Assembly (NCBI GenBank): GCA_964636545.1
Contig: CAZWSR010000012.1
Location: 1-21,851 of the forward strand
From: Candidatus Undinarchaeota archaeon
Lineage (GTDB): Archaea; Undinarchaeota; Undinarchaeia; Undinarchaeales; UBA543
Reading direction: 5' to 3'
DNA: 21,851 nucleotides
Shown: piece by piece, positions 16,520 through 21,851 of the stretch
Layout of the letters: the number at the start of each line of letters is the position of its first letter
Numbering within the stretch: the stretch's first letter is position 1
Position numbers and translations under genes: made by a program
The notes under the pieces: model-generated
Database searches by the model: none
Told to the model about the DNA's origin: nothing
Seen by the model: the letters and a program-made list of their open reading frames with translations, nothing else

Positions 16520-16789
16520 ATGAGCAAGATTGAAGAACTTAATGAAAAAACATATGTGTTTGAGCTACGTGAGGGAATGGATGGAGCAAGTGCATATGAC
16601 CTAGCAGAGGACTTGCGAAAATTTCTTAAGAAAGAGCGAAACTGGATTGTAAAAGATATTCACATTACCGGACATCAGACCTATGGAACCATGTATTTTC
16701 TTTGCTCAAAAGAAATTAAAGGACATAAAGCAGATATGTTAGTTGAAAAAGTTAATGGAAAAGTAGGAACGCATATTGTAATGAAATAA
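16520..16789 (+). CDS. Hypothetical protein, 89 aa
   Basis: Protein-like ORF filling the gap, with its own TATA-like box at about 16491-16498; no family recognised. Confidence 0.65.
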   Translation: MSKIEELNEKTYVFELREGMDGASAYDLAEDLRKFLKKERNWIVKDIHITGHQTYGTMYFLCSKEIKGHKADMLVEKVNGKVGTHIVMK

Positions 16790-16790
16790 G

Positions 16791-17423
16791 TTATTCATTT
16801 ACTTCAAGTTTCTCTAAAATTTCAGCCAGTACATTTTTCATTCCAACAGCACCATCAATATCAATTAAAATTCCAGCCTTTTTATAATAATTAATAATAA
16901 GCTGTGCATTTTTATGATAAAGACTCAAACGTTTTGCAATTCCAGCTTGATCGTCATCTTTCCTCATAACTAAAGCACCACCACACTTACACTTACCTTT
17001 AACTTTGGGTGGTTTGAAGTCTAAATTGTAAACTTTCTTACATACAGAACAGGTTCGTCTTGCAGATAATCTGTTAATAACGTCTTCATCAGGAACCCTG
17101 AGATTAATTACTGCATCTAGTAGAATGATTGAATCCAAAACTTCGCATTGATGAACATTTCGTGGATAGCCGTCTAGTATGAAACCATTTTTGCAATCGG
17201 ATTCAACTAACCTGTCTTTAATTAATGCATCAGTAAGTTCATCAGAAGCCAGATTACCTGCATCAATAATCTTCTTTACTTTCATGCCCAAGATAGTTTT
17301 GCGTTCCATATTGTCTCTGAAAATATCGCCAGTAGAAATATGAAGTATGCTAAGCTTTTTTGCAAGCTTTTGCGCTTGCGTTCCTTTTCCTGAACCTGGT
17401 GCACCAAGTATTACAAGTTTCAT
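16791..17423 (-). CDS. adk: Adenylate kinase, bacterial-type with a Zn-binding LID
   Basis: GAPGSGKGT, HISTGDIFR, GFILDGYPR, CSVC..CKC and RKDD. Confidence 0.93.
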   Translation of the reverse strand: MKLVILGAPGSGKGTQAQKLAKKLSILHISTGDIFRDNMERKTILGMKVKKIIDAGNLASDELTDALIKDRLVESDCKNGFILDGYPRNVHQCEVLDSIILLDAVINLRVPDEDVINRLSARRTCSVCKKVYNLDFKPPKVKGKCKCGGALVMRKDDDQAGIAKRLSLYHKNAQLIINYYKKAGILIDIDGAVGMKNVLAEILEKLEVNE

Positions 17424-17476
17424 AGTTATTATTAGAAAAACGTGTTATTTAATATTAACTATGATAAAAAAAGATA

Positions 17477-17553
17477 TGGTGGGCCCAATGGAATTTGAAT
17501 CCATGACCTTTCGATTATCAGTCGAACGCACCACCAAGCTATGCTATGGGCCC
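17477..17553 (-). tRNA. tRNA-Ile(GAU), CCA encoded, no intron
   Basis: GGGCCCA TA GCAT AGCTTGGTG GTGC G TTCGA CTGATAA TCGAA AGGTC ATGGA TTCAAAT TCCAT TGGGCCC ACCA. Confidence 0.96.
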
Positions 17554-17653
17554 AATTGCTAGTTTGTAGTAAATTCACATAATAAAAAGGTTTTGGTGAT
17601 TAGAAAGAACCTTTAATTAATTATTTAAATACCCCAAAACTACCTTTTTACTC

Positions 17654-18478
17654 ATGGTGAAACAACTTAGAATCGGAATTACTTCAAAAGTGTATAGGCC
17701 AGACATTATTAAGGCAGCAAAGGAAACAGCAGCTTACCTTGATGGAAAGTGTAAACTTTACATGAAAAAGGAGCTTGCTAGTAAAACCGGCTTCAAGGGA
17801 CCTTCTATTAATTTCAAAACCACTAAATTAGACATCATTATGCCAATTGGTGGAGACGGAACTTTACTTCATACAGTTGACCAAATCAAAGGACGCAAAA
17901 TTGGAGTGCTTGGAATAAAGCGCGGAAGCAAAGGATTTCTAACTGAAGTAGATCATGACATGGAAAAAAAGCTAGATGCTGTTCTGAGGGGGGATTATTT
18001 TATTGATGAACATTTGAAACTAAATGTTTATTTGAATGATAAGAATTTAGGAGATGTATTGAACGATGTTGTACTGAGCACTGCTCTACTTGGCAAAATT
18101 CAGAAATTTGATATTGAAGTTCATGGCGATGCAATGGACACTGTTTCAGCAGATGGAATTATTCTTTCAACTCCAACTGGCTCTACTGCTTATGCTTTAA
18201 GTGCTGGCGGACCTGTACTTGACCCAACACTTGATGCTTATGAAATCACACCAATCAGCCCGTTCCGGCTGAATTCAAGATCAATAGTTATACCAGCAAA
18301 TGCAGTTACAAAAGTCAAAATTGTTGGCAGACATAACGGAATCGCCACCCTAGATGGTTTTTACAGGTATAAAATAAAGAAAACAGATACTCTAAAAATC
18401 ACTCGCTCAAAAAATAAAGCATACTTTATTAAATTCAACAAAAACTATTTAAGAAAAGTTAGGAAAGCACTATCGTGA
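17654..18478 (+). CDS. nadK: NAD(+) kinase
   Basis: GGDGT, LND and DGIILSTPTGSTAYALSAGGP motifs. Confidence 0.94.
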   Translation: MVKQLRIGITSKVYRPDIIKAAKETAAYLDGKCKLYMKKELASKTGFKGPSINFKTTKLDIIMPIGGDGTLLHTVDQIKGRKIGVLGIKRGSKGFLTEVDHDMEKKLDAVLRGDYFIDEHLKLNVYLNDKNLGDVLNDVVLSTALLGKIQKFDIEVHGDAMDTVSADGIILSTPTGSTAYALSAGGPVLDPTLDAYEITPISPFRLNSRSIVIPANAVTKVKIVGRHNGIATLDGFYRYKIKKTDTLKITRSKNKAYFIKFNKNYLRKVRKALS

Positions 18479-19305
18479 TTTTGAAAAGGCACAAGGACTC
18501 TCATAAAGGATTAAATGGCACTATTTTAGTTGTTGCAGGCTCAAAAATTTATACAGGAGCTCCTGTTTTTTCAGCATTAGGTGCAATGAGGGCTGGCGCT
18601 GACCTTGCTATTTTAACTACACCAAAAAGAGCAGCAGATATTGCAGCAACTAATCCAGATTTAATCACAGTGCCGCTGGATGGCGATTTTCTTAAACCAG
18701 TTCATGTAAAAAAGATTCAAAATTACTTTGATAAAGCAGATGTAATGGTTCTTGGACCTGGATTGGGTGAGGACAAACTTACAAAAAAAGCAATTTTGGA
18801 ACTTATTACACAATTCAATAAACCAATTGTAATTGATGCTGATGCACTGAAAGCTTTAAAAAATAAAACAAGTGTTTTGAAAGGAAAAGACATAATTTTG
18901 ACTCCACACAGAAAAGAATTTGAAAAATTAAGTGGATTGACTGCTACTGAAAAATCTGTTCACAAATTTGCAGATGCGAAAAAATGTGTTGTTCTTATGA
19001 AAGCTCCAACGGACATTATTTCAGATGGAGAGCAAGTTAAATTAAATAAAACTGGAAATCCTGGAATGACTGTTGGCGGAACAGGAGATGTTCTTGCAGG
19101 AGTTGTTGCTGGGCTAGCTACTCAAAATATTGGATTGTGTGAAGCAGCTGCTTTTGGTGCTAAAATAGTTGGTACTGCTGGCGATTTAGCTTATGCTGAA
19201 AAAGGATATGGATTGCTTGCAAGTGATGTTTTAGAAAAAGTGCCAGTTGCAATGAAAGGAGCTATAGCGGGTAAAGTACCTTATATTCGCCGCCGCAGAA
19301 TTTGA
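18475..19305 (+). CDS. nnrD: ADP/ATP-dependent NAD(P)H-hydrate dehydratase (stand-alone NnrD)
   Basis: HKG..G.ILVVAGS..YTGAP, GPGLG, DADAL, TPH..EF and GGTGDVLAG; GTG start overlaps the nadK stop. Confidence 0.9.
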   Translation: MILKRHKDSHKGLNGTILVVAGSKIYTGAPVFSALGAMRAGADLAILTTPKRAADIAATNPDLITVPLDGDFLKPVHVKKIQNYFDKADVMVLGPGLGEDKLTKKAILELITQFNKPIVIDADALKALKNKTSVLKGKDIILTPHRKEFEKLSGLTATEKSVHKFADAKKCVVLMKAPTDIISDGEQVKLNKTGNPGMTVGGTGDVLAGVVAGLATQNIGLCEAAAFGAKIVGTAGDLAYAEKGYGLLASDVLEKVPVAMKGAIAGKVPYIRRRRI

Positions 19306-21532
19306 TTATCAAGTCGCAAACTTCTTTCAGAACTTTATCAACTTTTGCTTGAGGAATATTTTTATTTCCTTGAACACAAACAACACAACCTTGTGTATCG
19401 CGCTCAATCTTGACTTTTTCATGCTCTTTTGTAAGCCATCTTGTTATAACAGAATCTGATTCATCAGCAAGAACCTGCTCACCCTTGTGGATTTTCGAAG
19501 GCCTACCTGAACCAATTGGCACAAATTTTTCAGAACCGTCTGTAACTTTTAATAATATATTTCCGTCAATTGCTCGAACATCATAAGCACCCATAATCAT
19601 TCCGTGCCTGAATGCAACCATATTATAAATGTCAGTAACTGTGTTAATATTAGGGAGCTGTTTTGCGTTTTCAACAAACTTGACCAGATTTTCGCAGGAC
19701 AAACCTTCAGTTCCTTTGTCAATTTTGTCAAGCAAATATCGATAGGACTCAACTGTTTCCATAACTTTGGCGCGGTCAAAATTTTTGAGAGCTGATTTTT
19801 TCAAGCGCTCAAGTTCTCCAGAACGGCGCTGAACCTTGATTCCTTTAACTTCAGCTAGAGCAATTGAAACATCATTGGATTCAATTTGTTTTTCAATTGC
19901 AGGATCAACAATAACTTTCTTGTCAGTGTATTCTGGCTCCTTGATTTCAATTTCAACTTTCTGGATAAGTGGTGTTGGCTTATTAATTTTCAAACCAGGA
20001 GTAAGGAATTTGGCTGCTGTGCTCCATTTTGTTTTTTCAACTTCGCCTTTTTGACCAAGCTGTTCCCAAATTGCTTGAGCAGTTGATGGAATAAAAGGAG
20101 AAGCAAGCACTGCAATTGTCTTGACAATATTTGTTGTAACATATAATGAAGTTGGGCTTTTGGTTTTCCATGGTTCTTTTTCATTCAAGTACTGATTTCC
20201 AAGGCGAGCAAGCTCCATTACTGACTTAAGTGCTTCAATTGAATTAAATTCTGAAAGTAGTTTTCCAACTTTTGCAGGTGCTTTTTCAATTGCTTCCAAG
20301 ACTTTATGATCAATTGCATCATATTTTCCTGGTTTTGGAACTTTTCCATCAAAGAACTTATTAATGAAAGTGAGAACTCTGTGAACGAAATTTCCAAGAA
20401 CATCAGAAAGCTCATTGTTAATTCGTGCTTCAAAATCTTTCCAAACAAAATCCATATCTGAATTCAGTGGAGTGTTGATTGTGAGGTAATATCGCATATA
20501 ATCGCCAGGATATTTTTTAACAAAATCATTTACCCAAACAACCCAGTTTCTAGAGGTACTCATTTTACGACCTTCAAGTGAAAGATATTCGCCAGCTTGG
20601 ATTGTGTGCGGGAATTTGTATTTGCCATGGGCTTTCAGCATTGCTGGCCAGAATAATGCATGATGATAAATTATGTCTTTTCCAATAAAATGAACAATTT
20701 TGCCGTTTTTCCAGTAATCAAGACCTTTTTCCTTGTTCCAATCCTCTGTTGCGCTAATATAACCAATTGGCGCATCCCACCAAACATAAATCACTTTGTT
20801 TTTTGCATCAGTTAATGGAACTGGAACACCCCAGTCCATGTCTCTGGTTATGCACCAATCTTTCAGGTTCTCAGTCCACGAGGATGCGTAATTTCTAACA
20901 TTGTCAGGAAGATCAGATTGTAGAAGATAATCTTCAAGGAAATCCTTGAATGAAGTTAATTTAAAGAACCAGTGCTTTGTTGTTTTTTTCTTTGGTGTGC
21001 TTCTGCAAACCAAGCAGAATGGATTTAGAAGTTCGCTAAGTGCTTGTCCGCATTGTTCGCAATGATCTCCTCGCGCACCATCAGAACCGCACTCAGGACA
21101 AGTTCCTTCAACATAGCGGTCTGGCAAAAATCTTTTGCAGGTGTCGCAGTAATATTGCTCAACATCTTTTGTGTAAACATAATCATTATCGTTTGCTGCT
21201 GTGAAAAATTCTTGAGCGTTTTTTATATTAGTCTTGTTACTGGTTCTTGAGAAAACATCAAACTTTATATTAAGTGAGTCAAAGTCTTTCTTGATAAGAT
21301 CATGATATCGTTTTGCGATTTTAACTGGTGTTGTTTTTTCCTTGTCAGCGCGAACAGTTATTGGAGTACCGTGTTCGTCAGTAGCGCAAATAAAAGCAAC
21401 ATCGGCCCCAGTCATTCTCAAATATCTTGCATAAATATCGCCTGGAAGATATGTACTTCGAATATGACCTATGTGCATTGCTCCATTTGCATAAGGTAAT
21501 GCGCAAGTTACAAGGAATTTGTTGTCAGTCAT
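19262..21532 (-). CDS. metG: Methionine--tRNA ligase with a C-terminal B3/B4-like domain
   Basis: ALPYANG, HIGH, Zn knuckles, YVWWDAPIGY and KMSTS. The last ~220 aa contain LPNINTVTDIYN..GAYD..IDG..GSEKFVPIG. Confidence 0.95.
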   Translation of the reverse strand: MTDNKFLVTCALPYANGAMHIGHIRSTYLPGDIYARYLRMTGADVAFICATDEHGTPITVRADKEKTTPVKIAKRYHDLIKKDFDSLNIKFDVFSRTSNKTNIKNAQEFFTAANDNDYVYTKDVEQYYCDTCKRFLPDRYVEGTCPECGSDGARGDHCEQCGQALSELLNPFCLVCRSTPKKKTTKHWFFKLTSFKDFLEDYLLQSDLPDNVRNYASSWTENLKDWCITRDMDWGVPVPLTDAKNKVIYVWWDAPIGYISATEDWNKEKGLDYWKNGKIVHFIGKDIIYHHALFWPAMLKAHGKYKFPHTIQAGEYLSLEGRKMSTSRNWVVWVNDFVKKYPGDYMRYYLTINTPLNSDMDFVWKDFEARINNELSDVLGNFVHRVLTFINKFFDGKVPKPGKYDAIDHKVLEAIEKAPAKVGKLLSEFNSIEALKSVMELARLGNQYLNEKEPWKTKSPTSLYVTTNIVKTIAVLASPFIPSTAQAIWEQLGQKGEVEKTKWSTAAKFLTPGLKINKPTPLIQKVEIEIKEPEYTDKKVIVDPAIEKQIESNDVSIALAEVKGIKVQRRSGELERLKKSALKNFDRAKVMETVESYRYLLDKIDKGTEGLSCENLVKFVENAKQLPNINTVTDIYNMVAFRHGMIMGAYDVRAIDGNILLKVTDGSEKFVPIGSGRPSKIHKGEQVLADESDSVITRWLTKEHEKVKIERDTQGCVVCVQGNKNIPQAKVDKVLKEVCDLIIKFCGGEYKVLYPL

Positions 21533-21578
21533 GGCTGAATATAATATAATTAGTTGTTATAAATGTTTTTGATAAGCT

Positions 21579-21594
21579 TATTCTTAATAGAATA
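21579..21594. promoter_or_regulatory. Second copy of the putative operator (TATTCT-TAAT-AGAATA), upstream of the metG TATA box (21556-21563)
   Basis: Perfect 6-4-6 inverted repeat with the same 15-bp gap to TATA as at metK. Confidence 0.7.
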
Positions 21595-21662
21595 TAGTAT
21601 AATTAAGTGAATTTCCTAGGTATTGAAAACCCTTAAATACTTACATATGTACATAAAAGAAC

Positions 21663-21851
21663 ATGTCTAGAGATAATAATAGGAAAGCTGAGATAAACAT
21701 ATTAGGGATTTTCAAAGTTATTCTTATCATAGTGGCGCTTGGTGGCGCTATTGTACTTTTTGGCTACTATTTCCTTGATTGGGACATTGCTGGATTTTTT
21801 GATGGTTTCGGTGGCGGAGGTAGCAGTGGTGGTGGATCAGCGAGTGTAGCT
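21663..21851 (+). CDS. 5' end of a protein with a class III (prepilin-like) signal peptide, truncated by the window edge
   Basis: MSRDNNRKA-EINILGIFKVILIIVALGGAIVLFGYYFL..GGGGSSGGGS, open to the window end. Confidence 0.65.
   Translation, partial: MSRDNNRKAEINILGIFKVILIIVALGGAIVLFGYYFLDWDIAGFFDGFGGGGSSGGGSASVA

Noticed and set aside
777-21499. Many antisense or alternate-frame ORFs (e.g. 2070..2747, 3119..3589, 12802..13674, 17347..17562)
   Set aside because: They are shadows of well-supported genes or tRNA, with Ser/Phe-rich composition and no recognisable motifs.

Overview
Archaeal chromosome segment, probably DPANN-type (inferred from TATA/BRE promoters, many apparently leaderless genes, archaeal ProRS/Spt5/SecE, and a Cys-rich CxxSDxG surface protein). 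It is mostly housekeeping: slyD-ftsZ-secE-spt5-rpl11-mre11, a CysT/CysA-like ABC pair, Yip1, proS, tRNA-Ala(CGC) with a 128-nt intron, a secreted S16 protease, bacterial-type metK, an HTH-CBS regulator, adk, tRNA-Ile(GAU), nadK, nnrD and metG. Highlights: (1) a candidate SAM/methionine regulon, in which the palindrome TATTCY-N4-RGAATA lies exactly 15 bp upstream of the TATA box of both metK and metG and overlaps the BRE position of the divergent HTH-CBS gene; (2) a MetRS whose C-terminal domain is B3/B4 (PheRS-beta editing-like); (3) an unassigned four-way-junction ncRNA and a tRNA intron of similar topology; (4) palindromic heptamer-repeat elements, with related arms inside the Spt5 acidic N-terminus; (5) an R-S-E ADP-ribosyltransferase-like gene split by an in-frame TAG. 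All calls come from reading the sequence by eye; no searches were run.
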